This document shows, one piece after another, positions 36,907 through 46,411 of a stretch of DNA of 64,000 bases. The DNA lies in contig JBBRSP010000025.1 in assembly GCA_038245295.1 (NCBI GenBank), positions 20,562-84,561 on the forward strand, read 5' to 3'. The number at the start of each line of letters is the position of its first letter. Position 1 is the first letter of the stretch. The DNA is from Candidatus Binatia bacterium (GTDB taxonomy: Bacteria > Desulfobacterota > Binatia > HRBIN30). Under the pieces are notes generated by a model. That model searched no databases. It was not told the DNA's origin and worked only from the letters and a program-made list of their open reading frames with translations. Position numbers and translations under genes: made by a program.

Positions 36907-37473
36907 TCAGCCGCCTTTTGTCTGAGATCGTACCTGGAGTCGGGCTCGCGTCATACGCTCGCGCAGGCCACCTTCTTCCAGGAAGGCTCTTTCGAGTTGC
37001 CTGATCTGCCGATCCAGCAGGTAATTTGCCTGGTGGATCAGGCAGATGATGATGTTGGCGGCGACTTCTGGCGGACGCGTTTCGATCAACCGGCGATAGG
37101 TCTCATAGGTCATATCGGACCCGTGGGATCTATCTAGCCGCCGCACATACAATGCCTCCCGGCTGTTCTTGTCCCAGGCCTTCACCCGGCGTACCCTGAG
37201 GAAGTCCTCGTAGTCCTCCAGCAGTTCTTCGAGACTGGCGCGAGCCACGTTCATGAGCTTGATTTCCATCTCCTTGGAAGTGCCAGACGCCTTGCTGCCT
37301 TCGACGATGTTTTGCTTCCCCGATCGCGCTGCCTGCACCATTTGATCGTAGGTGCGGTCGCGCTTCTCGACGCAGCGGCGACAGAAATAGACGGTCGCAT
37401 CGAAGACGATTCGGGACTTTTGATACGACAGTAGTTTCTTGTAGCCGCCATGCTTCGGGATGAAGCCGTTCAT
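36907..37473 (-). CDS. Four-helix-bundle protein (23S rRNA IVS protein / Avd-like fold) with suffix domain
   Basis: GGYKKLLSYQK, DQMVQAARSGKQNIVEGS, NVARASLEELLEDYEDFL, FLEEGGLRERM. Confidence 0.9.
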   Translation of the reverse strand: MNGFIPKHGGYKKLLSYQKSRIVFDATVYFCRRCVEKRDRTYDQMVQAARSGKQNIVEGSKASGTSKEMEIKLMNVARASLEELLEDYEDFLRVRRVKAWDKNSREALYVRRLDRSHGSDMTYETYRRLIETRPPEVAANIIICLIHQANYLLDRQIRQLERAFLEEGGLRERMTRARLQVRSQTKGG

Positions 37474-37585
37474 TCTAAGGAGACAGCGCAAGAAGCGCGC
37501 CACCGAAGAACCACTGAGGCGGTTTGGCAAACGGCAGAGGCAAGTACTCAGAGTGAGCGCAGGGGCGCCTCAGAGTGAATGACTG

Positions 37586-37620
37586 CATAGGACCTACAGG
37601 CCACATAGGTCTCATGGGAG
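37586..37620. repeat. 9-bp tandem array at the 5' flank of the four-helix-bundle gene
   Basis: CATAGGACC TACAGGCCA CATAGGTCT CATGGGAGG. Confidence 0.65.
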
Positions 37621-38238
37621 GCGATTGAATGTCACGTGGGCCGCAAACATCTCGCCCGGCGCCAGATACACGCCGCGAATCGCCTCCTGCGCCCCTTCGG
37701 TTTCATTGCGGCCTTCGCTGAAGGAATCGATCGTCGCATCCTGTGCGAGCAGCGCCAGGGTCACGTCATGCTTGCCGTCGCGCGTGCGGTCGGCGAAGTC
37801 GAGCTTGTAGTCCTGTGCCGGCGCCAGGCTTGCTTCGAGTACGAGATCGATGCCCACCGGCACTGAGTCGCGCGTGTTGCCTTCCAGGCCGTCGGCTGTC
37901 CTGGCGGTGATGGCCCACACCACGGGTGAGCCGTTGACCGTCAGCTTGATACCGTGTTGCGCTTCGTTGGCGAGGTACTTCTCGAGCTGTGCGATCTCAT
38001 CGCCGGCGATGTGATGATCGGCGTTGCTGTCGAAGCGGTCGCGGATGGTCACCGACTCGTCGCCGGGATCGAAGTCGAGACGGACTGCCAGGGTCACCTT
38101 CCCGGGGCGAATGCTCAACGTATCCCGCTTCGGATAGTGGAGCCCGTGGGCCCATACACCCGAAGCGAATAGTAGAGACGAAAGGGACAGGGCAGCTCCC
38201 CTCAGGAGGCTGCCCTGCCAGCGGCGAGGTCGCATCAC
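37612..38238 (-). CDS. Exported hypothetical protein coupled to the giant hydrolase
   Basis: Signal peptide ending VWA-HGLH; FDSNADHHIAGDE EF-like loop; 4-nt overlap with the upstream stop. Confidence 0.7.
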   Translation of the reverse strand: MMRPRRWQGSLLRGAALSLSSLLFASGVWAHGLHYPKRDTLSIRPGKVTLAVRLDFDPGDESVTIRDRFDSNADHHIAGDEIAQLEKYLANEAQHGIKLTVNGSPVVWAITARTADGLEGNTRDSVPVGIDLVLEASLAPAQDYKLDFADRTRDGKHDVTLALLAQDATIDSFSEGRNETEGAQEAIRGVYLAPGEMFAAHVTFNRLP

Positions 38239-41200
38239 GGCTCCCGATCAGTGAAGGTCGGGAAGACATCCTTCTTGAATGGCAGGCCGAACTGCGACTC
38301 CCAGCATTCCGGCCCACTGCCGGGGTTCTTGAGGACCTGTACCCGCAGCGAAGTGGGCGCCAGCGGCACGGTGGGCACCTGCAGGGACGAGCCTTTACCG
38401 CTGACTTGGATCTTGGCATTGCCTGCACCGGCGGCGAGCTTCAGCTTGACGATCCCGTCGGTGTTGCCCGTGCGGTTGCTGTAGCGGAAACCTGTCTTCG
38501 TCGGCTTCCAGAAGGCGCCTGCCAGCACCTGCGGCTGCATGATCAGAGAGCCGTCCTTGTACACGCAGATGGTGAAGTTCGTCAGCCGCGTAATCGGATT
38601 GCCGAAGGGCTCGGCCGCGGTGGTGCCCTTCGTCCACTTGAACGTGAATTGGTTCTTCGTCGCGACACCGGTGTTCTTGATGAGCACCGACTGCGCAGCG
38701 GGTGTGGCGCAGCCGCTCACTGGCGTCGCAGCGCAGATGGATACCGCGGGGGTGAGCGTCGGTGACGCGGTTCGCGTCTGCGTATGCGTCGGTGTCGCTG
38801 TCGCAGTGACGGTTACTGTCCGCGTCGCGGTTGGCGGCAGGGTGGCACTCACTGTCGGTGTCGCCGTGCCAGTCGGTGTAGGCGTCGAGGTCGGTGTCGA
38901 GGTCGGTGTCGACGATGTCGTGGCAGTCAGAGTGGGCGTCGCCGGCAGCGTGGGCGTGATGGTCGGTGTGCTGCTCGGCGTCGGTGTCGGCGTGCTGCCC
39001 GCGTCGATGATGTCGACGCGTTGTCGCGGCATCAACTGATAGAAGCCATTGTAGGGGGCGGAGAAGTTGAACTGGCCAACCGCCGCGATCAGATCGAAGG
39101 GTTGCGTCGGCGCCGTCGACCCGTCGATGTCGGTGTCCGCATCGATACGCATGGTAATCGTCTGCGAGCCTGAGCCGTCCTTGATGGTGATGTTGGCGTT
39201 GCTACCGGCAGCCGGCCAGGTTCCGGCGGTGATGGTGACGCCGCTCAGGCGAACCAACATGCCCTCCCACTGCTCGGCATTATTTGGATCGCGCAGTTGA
39301 GCCACGGTGAGAGGAATCGGCGTCGGTGCCGGCCCACCGTGATTCAGCACAGTGACTGAGACGCCGGCGAGCTCGCTCAGACCGCTGAAGAACGTCATCG
39401 TGCCCGTCACCTCGATCTGATCGCCTAGCTCGAGGACCGGGTTGATCAGACTGCTCTGGAAAATCACCAGGCCACCCGAACGCTTCGGCGAGCTCAGCGT
39501 ATCGAGGCTGGCATCCTGGAAGTAGACCAGATTGTTGCGGTGATCGAAGGTATACGAAGGTACGGTAACGGTACCACGCACGGTAACGACCTGATTGAGG
39601 TTGTCGGGAGAGTAGTCGGCCAGCACGCCGCGGACGGAAGAAATATGCTGGACGACGACACCCGGAGTGCCCGGGGCGTCGAATTGTGAGTTACCGTTGA
39701 AGTCGACGAATACGGCGTTGGTGTGGGCGTATGGACAGACAGGATCGGTTCCATATTGGGGCGGGATCACCGGATCCATGCGCCCGGGGCAACCGGCCGT
39801 CAGGCAGTTGTTCGAAGCGTCGGTGTCACAGGCACCGCCCTTCACCTCGACGGCAATCCAACTGTCCTTGGTAAGCGTGACCGGATACGTGGCGTTCAGG
39901 CGATCGACCGTACCGGTGTTCGGGACGGTGATCGTCTGGACCGTCTTGCCGTTGACCACGAGGTTGAACGTATCGACGGTGATCCAGGTTGGCGCTTGAA
40001 TGTGAATCGCTGCCGTTACCGTGCCACTGCCATCCGTAAACTGATCACCAACGGCGTGCCCATTGACCGTGAGCTCGACGAACGGACCGTTCGTGAAGAA
40101 CGAGTGCTGACCCTTGAGGGCGGACTTGAACCCAGCCTCACTGAGCGCCGACGGGGTGTCGGTGCCGAGGGCGATGAAGTTACGCGGGTAGCCGATCTCC
40201 TGCGAGAAGACGGTGTGAGTATCCGTGTTGCCGACACCGGTGACCTTCTGGCCCTTGTTCATCAGGTTGTACCAATCGTTGAGAACGGTCGGGACCTGAT
40301 ACAGGCGTTTGCCGTTGAATACTTCGACCGCGTCGAAGTCGGACGAGAAGTTTGGATTCGGCGAAGTGCCCGATAGCGGGTTGAGCGAGGTGAGATCGAA
40401 GTATCCCAGGCCGCCGGCACGCGGGTGATTCACCTCGACCACGGGGTTGCGAGGGTCGCTGCGCAGGGCGGAGAAGATCTGCCCCGGCGTCAGACCGGTG
40501 TGATCGAGTGCGCCGTTGCGTGGAAGCGCGGTGTTTACCGTGAGTGGGAAGGCGTTGAAGTGGCCCCATTCGTTCGTGGTCACTTCATCACCCGGCAGTG
40601 TCGTCACCCAGGAGGAGAGGCCGGTCGAGGTAATGGCCGATTGCATATCAGAGTGGAAGTCGTGATCGGTCGGCACAACGATTTCCAACCCTTCGCAGGC
40701 GGCTTCCTGGGCGCGCGTTTCGAAGGTAATCCCGGAGTCGGCCGAGTTGAGGGCATGGACATGCATGTCGGAGGACAGGTAACCGGTCGAGTCGACGACG
40801 CGATGGAGGGTGGCGTTGACCGTCGCCGTGTTGCCCGCGGTGACTGTCACGTTCTGCGTCGTGACATCGTACTCAATGCCACGCGACACCCAGACCTGGT
40901 AGGTCCCTGGCGGCACCGCCGTAGAGCCTGTGCCGCTCGGTGACAGGATGGCATAGCCACCGACCAGCGTGTGGTAATCGCCGAGCTCAGGGCCTTCAAA
41001 TTTGGCTGTCAGAGGATAGTACAGAATGGAAACCTTGGCGGGAATCGGCTGCGCCGCGGTATCAGTTGCGTTCCAGGCAATGAAGCCCTGTTGGCCGAGT
41101 GCCTGATTGAGCGTTACCGTCCCACCGGCGCCGACGCTGACCGAGAGGCACGACGACTTCACGCGCCCGACCGCTTCGATCAACACCTTGTACGAGCCGG

Positions 41201-44200
41201 GCTCGAGATTGGCCGAGAACTGGCCCGCAGCGTCGGACGTCGCCACGGTGTAGGAGACGGCCCCGCTCGTACCGAGACATTGGGTCTTCGTGATCGAGAT
41301 CGTTGCGTTCGAGATCGGCGCCAGGCTGCCGGTTTCGGAGATGGTTCCGACGAGAGCTCCCGTAGATGTTCCGCGGATTGCGAAGGCGGTGTCCGATACC
41401 GAAGACAGCGAGCCGCCACCGATGAGGAAGTAGCGGGTATACGCACCGCTACCACCACCGGCTGCAATATCCAGATAGGCGTCGTTGGCATCGGACCACG
41501 ACGAGCCGTTCGACATTTCGAGCGTACTGCTGAGCTTGGTGTAGCCGTACGAGGAGCCCTGCCCGTCGCCCCCCACCCAGGGAGCGTTCAGAGTAACGCC
41601 GCCGATGTCGTGTCCGTCGCCGGCGATGTTGCGATTGTTGTTGTTCCAGCCCGGAGCGAAGTGGGTCGTGAGACCCCACTGGATCGCATCACCCACCTGC
41701 ATCTGATGGATGAGGCCGGCACCATTGTTCGTGAACTGCGTGCTGATCGTCACGAAGCGATCGTACGGCCCGAGCGCATAATCAGTCGTGATGAGCAGAC
41801 TCGGATCGGTCGAGTCGACGCCGGTGACGCGGATCAGAGCCGTATTGGAACCGCCTCCCGGGTTGATCACGTTGATCGAGCTGTACAGCGCCTGTTGCCC
41901 GAAGGTGTTGTTGAAGTAGGTGAACAACGACGCGAAGCGGTCCTCGCCGGTCGCGGTTGCCGCGTCGATGATGTTGCCGCCCGTCTCGGCAAACCCGTGG
42001 GCGTTGGGGATGTCATCGATCACGGCGCGCACGAAGCCGTTCTGTAGGAGGTAGTCTCCGACCTGGCCTTGCGCGCTGATTCCAGGAATCAGCTGGGCAG
42101 AGCTGCTGATCTTCGCCGCTGCCGCCGTTTGCACCGCCGTCGGCGAGGGGGACGGCGTCTGCGTCACGCTCGGTGTCGTGGTCTTTGTCGCGGTCGGTGT
42201 GGCGGGTACCGCGGTTTGCGTCGGTGTCGCCGTTGCAACATTCGACGTGATGGTGGGTGTGGACGTCACCCCCGCCGGAAGATCAGTGGCCGTTGGGGAG
42301 GCCGTTGGGGTAGGAGTTGACGCCGATGGCGCAACCGGCGCGAGAGCGACGCCGCGGAAAGCTTTGTTGGTGGAAGCCGTGGCCAGATCGGTCACAGTCG
42401 TCGTGCTCGGCGCGGCGTTGTAACCCGCCGCGTCGGTGACCGTGGCGAGCTTCGATGCGGACGAATACGTGACGTAGAGGGTGACCGTCGACGAGCTCGC
42501 CGTGGCAGTCAGGCCACGTGCGCTCGTCGCGGTGATCGAGCCGTTTGATGTCCAGCTCGAACCGACAAGTGAATACTTGAGAATCGCCCCGGCGGTTTCG
42601 TCGGCGAAGTAAAGCGTATCGACACCGGCAACCCCGGCATCCAGATCGGCCAGGAAGAAGGCATTGGGCGCCGCCGTCGTGGGGAAACCAGGAAGGTTCG
42701 TGATCGTCTGGCCACTGGTCGTAGGAAGTCCCGAGCCGACGGTACCGACGCGGACCGACGTACCCGACTGCGTCGAGGTGTACAGCTGGCCGTCATAGAT
42801 CTCGACCGCTCGCATGTTGCTGACCGTGGTCGAAAGTTGCGTCGAGGTGGTCGCGCCGAGCGTCGTGTAGCGAACCCCTCCGGCGCCGCCGCTCATCCAG
42901 AGATCGGTTCCGTTCGTCGACGCCACGCCACGCGGGCTGGAGCCGCTGGCGGCATCCGTAAGCGCGGTTGTGGTATCGAGCGTCGCGCTCGATCCGATGC
43001 CGCCGATCACGCGGTTGACGCTCGCTGACGTGGTCCCGGAGAGAGACGCGGTGCCCAACGCCGCGTCGTAGCCGGCGAGTACCAAAGAAATGCCGTCGAC
43101 GGTGCGCGTGAGCTGCCCCTCCGTCGTCGAGTTGCCGGTCGCAACCAGCCGCCGGTTGGCACCCGTCGTCGTGGTCGGCATGGATATACTCTGCACGAGG
43201 GCGCCCGCGGGCGTGTACTCATCCAGGAAGACGGCGGTGGCGGCCGACGAGAGCGCCGCCGAGCCGTCGCCGACCCGATAGATCACGAGGTTACCCGGAG
43301 TGAACGCCGCTGGCCCCGCTGGAGCCGTTGGGGTGGCTGTGGCGGTCGCGATAGCCGTATTGGTTGCCGTGACGGTGGCGGTGTCCACCGGCGTCGCCGT
43401 CGTCGTGTCCACCGCTGTGGCGGTCGCGGTATTCACCGGCGTCGCCGTCGCAGTGCCTGTGTTCGTCGGTGTGGCAGTGGGCGCAGGCACGGCGGCGCCG
43501 AGGGTGATCCACTCGCTGCGCGACTTCTTCCATTCGTTGTGGCTCAGATCTTTGGCGATGGTTCCGTCGCCGTAGTAGACGCTGTCACCATTATCGACGA
43601 GCAGCTGGATCTGACTGGAGTCGGTGAGCGGGTCGGGCAGGTCGACGATCGACTCGAAGCCGCCGTCGCTGGCCAGCGCAGTCAGGTTGGCGGTGCGCAG
43701 AACCGGCGCATCAGCGGCGTTGCCGGTCCACGTGTAGAGACGGAAGTCCTTTGGTGCGATGCCCGTGTCGGCGTCGGCGGGACCGGCGATGATCAAATAT
43801 TGGTGACTCGCGTTGCGTTCGATGCTGCGGATGCCGCGACCGCCGAGATCGAGCTCCATTGGTGCGCCAAACGTCGCGGGCCCGGCGCTCGGGTTGCCAG
43901 TCACCAACGAGGTGAAGTTGGTGACCGGGACGATCAGTGCCTTGGTGCGGTTGGCCACTGGCACGTTGGGGGCCCGGAAGCCAAGGTAGGCGGTCGTGTC
44001 GTCTGGTGCGATCGTCAGTCCTTCGATGTTGAACCCGTCGAGGGCCGGATCTTCGGGTGTCTTGGCGGCGGCCGCGCTCGCGGTCAGTCCGTAGTAGTCG
44101 GCGCCCAGGCCATGACCACTGGTATGATCCCAGTTCAACAGGTCGGCACGCAGACCGTCGTAACGGCCGACGTAGGTCAGCGTCGTCGACGCTCCGCTGC

Positions 44201-46172
44201 CGCTGATATCCGTGGCGAACACCCGGTAGCGGTTGGGGCGCAGGTTGCCGCTCGACGAGTTGTCGTGCGAGCCGCTCCAGTAGATGCGATTGCCGATCCG
44301 GGTTGACGCCTCGATATCCACTTCGCGCGGGATGCCGGCGGAGAGCTGTGTCAGTCCCAACGGTGGATCGCCGGCACCGTTGGTCGGCATGAAGTTGAAC
44401 GAGGCCTGTGGCAGGCCCGACTGATCTCGGTGATACAGTCGAATGACCTGGTTCTCGTCGTCGCCAACCAACATGTAGTTGGCGTCGACAGCAATGGCGG
44501 TCGAGGCGTCGCTGCTTCCGGTCTGGAAGCGCGTCGTGCTCGGGTTGGCGGACGGCAAGGATGCCGCATAATGAATCAGGTAGCTGGCGCTCAGAGAGCC
44601 ATCGCTGACCGTGATCGTAATGTCGGTGTAACCCGTGCCTGTCGGCAGGATCTTCAGATTTCTCACCGCGCCGCTGCCCGACAACACCAAGCGCGCCGAC
44701 GAGTTCGGAACCACGGCGGTGTTGCTGCTGACGGCGGTGAGAGTCAGGGCGCTCGCGGCCGTCTCCGCATCATTTAAAGTGAAGTCGATACCGAACGTGG
44801 CGCCTGGATCGGTCGGATCGAACAAGACGCCACTGACATACGCTGGCCCGCTGCTCGGGATGCTCAGGTAAACGTTCGGTGAAGCACCACTGAGACTGGG
44901 CGACGTGTTTGGGGTCGGAGTACCAGTCGGGGTCTGCGTGACGCTCGGGCTATCGGTGGCTGCAATGGCTGGTGTGAAGGTCGAAGTCGTAGTTGGTGTC
45001 GGCGGTACAGGAGTCACGGTTGCCGTCGCGGTTGCCGTCACTGTCGGCACCGAGGGGTCGAAAGGAGCGAGGGCAACACCGCGAAATGCTTTGTTGGTGG
45101 CAGCCGTAGCGAGAAGAGTCGGCGTGCCCGCAAAGGCGCCGTTGTAGCCCGACGAATCGACCAGCGAGACGAGCTCGCCGCCGCCGCTCGCCGTGCCACC
45201 GCCCTTGCGCGTGGCGAAGAGTGTCACCGTGTTTCCTGACACGCTGCCCGCAAGGCCGCGGTAGTCGTCGGCATCGACGCCGATGGTGCCGTTGCTCGTC
45301 CAGGCTGCGCCGACGAGTGAATACTTCGTCAAGGCTCCCGTGCCGTCATCCGCAATATAAACGGTGTCGAGGCCCGCGACGGCGCCGCTGAGGTCGGCGA
45401 AGAAGTAAGAGTAGGTGCTCGGGTTCGACGTATCGGTCAAACCGGTCAGTCGCGTGATCGTTTGTGCCCCAGATGTCGGGAGCGCGGAGCCAACCGTGTC
45501 GACACCCTTGAAGGTATTGGTGCCACTGCCGGTCGAGGCATAGAGCTGGCCTGCAAAAATGTTGAGCTGGCGGACGTTCGCAAAGCTGCCGCTGGCGGCC
45601 GTGCTGCTCAGATCGGTGGAGGTGGTAGTGCCGAGGGCGCTTACGTAGCGCACTCCGGCCGCACCGCCACCCGCCCAAAAGGCAGTGCCATCAACACTGG
45701 TGGCGCTGCGCGGATTGTTGGTCGATGCGAAGTCGGTCAAGCCGGTGGTGGTATCGACGCTTGCATTGTAGTCGACGCGCCCGATGACACGATTGACGGT
45801 CGCTCCCGTCGTGGTGGCCAAGCCTGCCGTTGGCATCGCCGCATCGTAACCAGTCAAGAGCAGATACTGGCCATCGGTTGACCGCGTCAGCAATCCCTCC
45901 GACGATGCGGTGCCGCTGGCAATCAGTCGCTTGTTGGCCCCGCTCAGTGCGGTGGGCAGCGGTATCGACTGCACCAGAGTCCCGGCGCTGGTGTATTCGT
46001 CGAGGAACACCGGACTCCCGGTATTCACCAATCCCGTCGAACCGTCACCAACTCGATAGAGGACAACGTTGCCGGATTGGAACGGCGCGGCGACGACGGA
46101 ATGGGCCGTGGCGAGCACCGCCATGAGCGCGACTGACATCTGCAGAATGATCTTGGATCCGGTTCGTTGCAT
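38235..46172 (-). CDS. 2646-aa secreted multidomain protein: two copies of a ~330-aa domain, DUF3616-like domain, CehA/McbA-type PHP metallohydrolase, OB-fold-like domains, Pro/Thr linkers
   Basis: Signal peptide; GNVVLYRVGDG...AFRGVALAP and GNLVIYRVGDG...AFRGVALAP; DIEAS...WSGSH...FNIEGL...LGFRAP; SDMHVH, TDHD, GHFNAFP, NHPR, GNTDTH; QLMPR; GAAGGAGG RBS. Confidence 0.85.
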   Translation of the reverse strand: MQRTGSKIILQMSVALMAVLATAHSVVAAPFQSGNVVLYRVGDGSTGLVNTGSPVFLDEYTSAGTLVQSIPLPTALSGANKRLIASGTASSEGLLTRSTDGQYLLLTGYDAAMPTAGLATTTGATVNRVIGRVDYNASVDTTTGLTDFASTNNPRSATSVDGTAFWAGGGAAGVRYVSALGTTTSTDLSSTAASGSFANVRQLNIFAGQLYASTGSGTNTFKGVDTVGSALPTSGAQTITRLTGLTDTSNPSTYSYFFADLSGAVAGLDTVYIADDGTGALTKYSLVGAAWTSNGTIGVDADDYRGLAGSVSGNTVTLFATRKGGGTASGGGELVSLVDSSGYNGAFAGTPTLLATAATNKAFRGVALAPFDPSVPTVTATATATVTPVPPTPTTTSTFTPAIAATDSPSVTQTPTGTPTPNTSPSLSGASPNVYLSIPSSGPAYVSGVLFDPTDPGATFGIDFTLNDAETAASALTLTAVSSNTAVVPNSSARLVLSGSGAVRNLKILPTGTGYTDITITVSDGSLSASYLIHYAASLPSANPSTTRFQTGSSDASTAIAVDANYMLVGDDENQVIRLYHRDQSGLPQASFNFMPTNGAGDPPLGLTQLSAGIPREVDIEASTRIGNRIYWSGSHDNSSSGNLRPNRYRVFATDISGSGASTTLTYVGRYDGLRADLLNWDHTSGHGLGADYYGLTASAAAAKTPEDPALDGFNIEGLTIAPDDTTAYLGFRAPNVPVANRTKALIVPVTNFTSLVTGNPSAGPATFGAPMELDLGGRGIRSIERNASHQYLIIAGPADADTGIAPKDFRLYTWTGNAADAPVLRTANLTALASDGGFESIVDLPDPLTDSSQIQLLVDNGDSVYYGDGTIAKDLSHNEWKKSRSEWITLGAAVPAPTATPTNTGTATATPVNTATATAVDTTTATPVDTATVTATNTAIATATATPTAPAGPAAFTPGNLVIYRVGDGSAALSSAATAVFLDEYTPAGALVQSISMPTTTTGANRRLVATGNSTTEGQLTRTVDGISLVLAGYDAALGTASLSGTTSASVNRVIGGIGSSATLDTTTALTDAASGSSPRGVASTNGTDLWMSGGAGGVRYTTLGATTSTQLSTTVSNMRAVEIYDGQLYTSTQSGTSVRVGTVGSGLPTTSGQTITNLPGFPTTAAPNAFFLADLDAGVAGVDTLYFADETAGAILKYSLVGSSWTSNGSITATSARGLTATASSSTVTLYVTYSSASKLATVTDAAGYNAAPSTTTVTDLATASTNKAFRGVALAPVAPSASTPTPTASPTATDLPAGVTSTPTITSNVATATPTQTAVPATPTATKTTTPSVTQTPSPSPTAVQTAAAAKISSSAQLIPGISAQGQVGDYLLQNGFVRAVIDDIPNAHGFAETGGNIIDAATATGEDRFASLFTYFNNTFGQQALYSSINVINPGGGSNTALIRVTGVDSTDPSLLITTDYALGPYDRFVTISTQFTNNGAGLIHQMQVGDAIQWGLTTHFAPGWNNNNRNIAGDGHDIGGVTLNAPWVGGDGQGSSYGYTKLSSTLEMSNGSSWSDANDAYLDIAAGGGSGAYTRYFLIGGGSLSSVSDTAFAIRGTSTGALVGTISETGSLAPISNATISITKTQCLGTSGAVSYTVATSDAAGQFSANLEPGSYKVLIEAVGRVKSSCLSVSVGAGGTVTLNQALGQQGFIAWNATDTAAQPIPAKVSILYYPLTAKFEGPELGDYHTLVGGYAILSPSGTGSTAVPPGTYQVWVSRGIEYDVTTQNVTVTAGNTATVNATLHRVVDSTGYLSSDMHVHALNSADSGITFETRAQEAACEGLEIVVPTDHDFHSDMQSAITSTGLSSWVTTLPGDEVTTNEWGHFNAFPLTVNTALPRNGALDHTGLTPGQIFSALRSDPRNPVVEVNHPRAGGLGYFDLTSLNPLSGTSPNPNFSSDFDAVEVFNGKRLYQVPTVLNDWYNLMNKGQKVTGVGNTDTHTVFSQEIGYPRNFIALGTDTPSALSEAGFKSALKGQHSFFTNGPFVELTVNGHAVGDQFTDGSGTVTAAIHIQAPTWITVDTFNLVVNGKTVQTITVPNTGTVDRLNATYPVTLTKDSWIAVEVKGGACDTDASNNCLTAGCPGRMDPVIPPQYGTDPVCPYAHTNAVFVDFNGNSQFDAPGTPGVVVQHISSVRGVLADYSPDNLNQVVTVRGTVTVPSYTFDHRNNLVYFQDASLDTLSSPKRSGGLVIFQSSLINPVLELGDQIEVTGTMTFFSGLSELAGVSVTVLNHGGPAPTPIPLTVAQLRDPNNAEQWEGMLVRLSGVTITAGTWPAAGSNANITIKDGSGSQTITMRIDADTDIDGSTAPTQPFDLIAAVGQFNFSAPYNGFYQLMPRQRVDIIDAGSTPTPTPSSTPTITPTLPATPTLTATTSSTPTSTPTSTPTPTGTATPTVSATLPPTATRTVTVTATATPTHTQTRTASPTLTPAVSICAATPVSGCATPAAQSVLIKNTGVATKNQFTFKWTKGTTAAEPFGNPITRLTNFTICVYKDGSLIMQPQVLAGAFWKPTKTGFRYSNRTGNTDGIVKLKLAAGAGNAKIQVSGKGSSLQVPTVPLAPTSLRVQVLKNPGSGPECWESQFGLPFKKDVFPTFTDREP

Positions 46173-46200
46173 CGGGCGAGCCTCCTTCACTGACTCGCCG

Positions 46201-46245
46201 GTTCTACTCGCGTGGTGTTAGGAGCCGGTGTCTCCGGTGTGACGG
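46201..46245 (-). promoter_or_regulatory. Pho-box-like array plus -10 element for the giant protein gene
   Basis: Minus strand GTCAC-n6-GACAC-n6-CTAAC, then 10 nt, then TAGAAC. Confidence 0.58.
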
Positions 46246-46306
46246 TTTGCGGGGAAACATGTTGCGAGACCAAGTCACGTCTCGTGTCGGCAGCGCGCCG
46301 TCGCAC

Positions 46307-46362
46307 GAGTCACGAAGTTGCCACGCGGCAGTAATGGGTGCGCAATCGCATGGTGTCATGCT
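46307..46362 (+). promoter_or_regulatory. Pho-box-like array for the pstS-ompA / phnZ / phnY genes
   Basis: GTCAC-n6-GCCAC-n6-GTAAT-n6-GCAAT, then 10 nt, then CATGCT. Confidence 0.6.
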
Positions 46363-46411
46363 GGAGGATGTCACCGCCTCTCACTTTGAGCGGGGCAACA
46401 GGAGACCGCGC

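Noticed and set aside
36907..37473. Diversity-generating retroelement (Avd-like gene)
   Set aside because: No reverse transcriptase and no TR/VR pair with adenine-specific differences seen in the window
38750..39000. GTCGGT-type periodic DNA repeats
   Set aside because: Explained by Pro/Thr linker coding in secreted proteins
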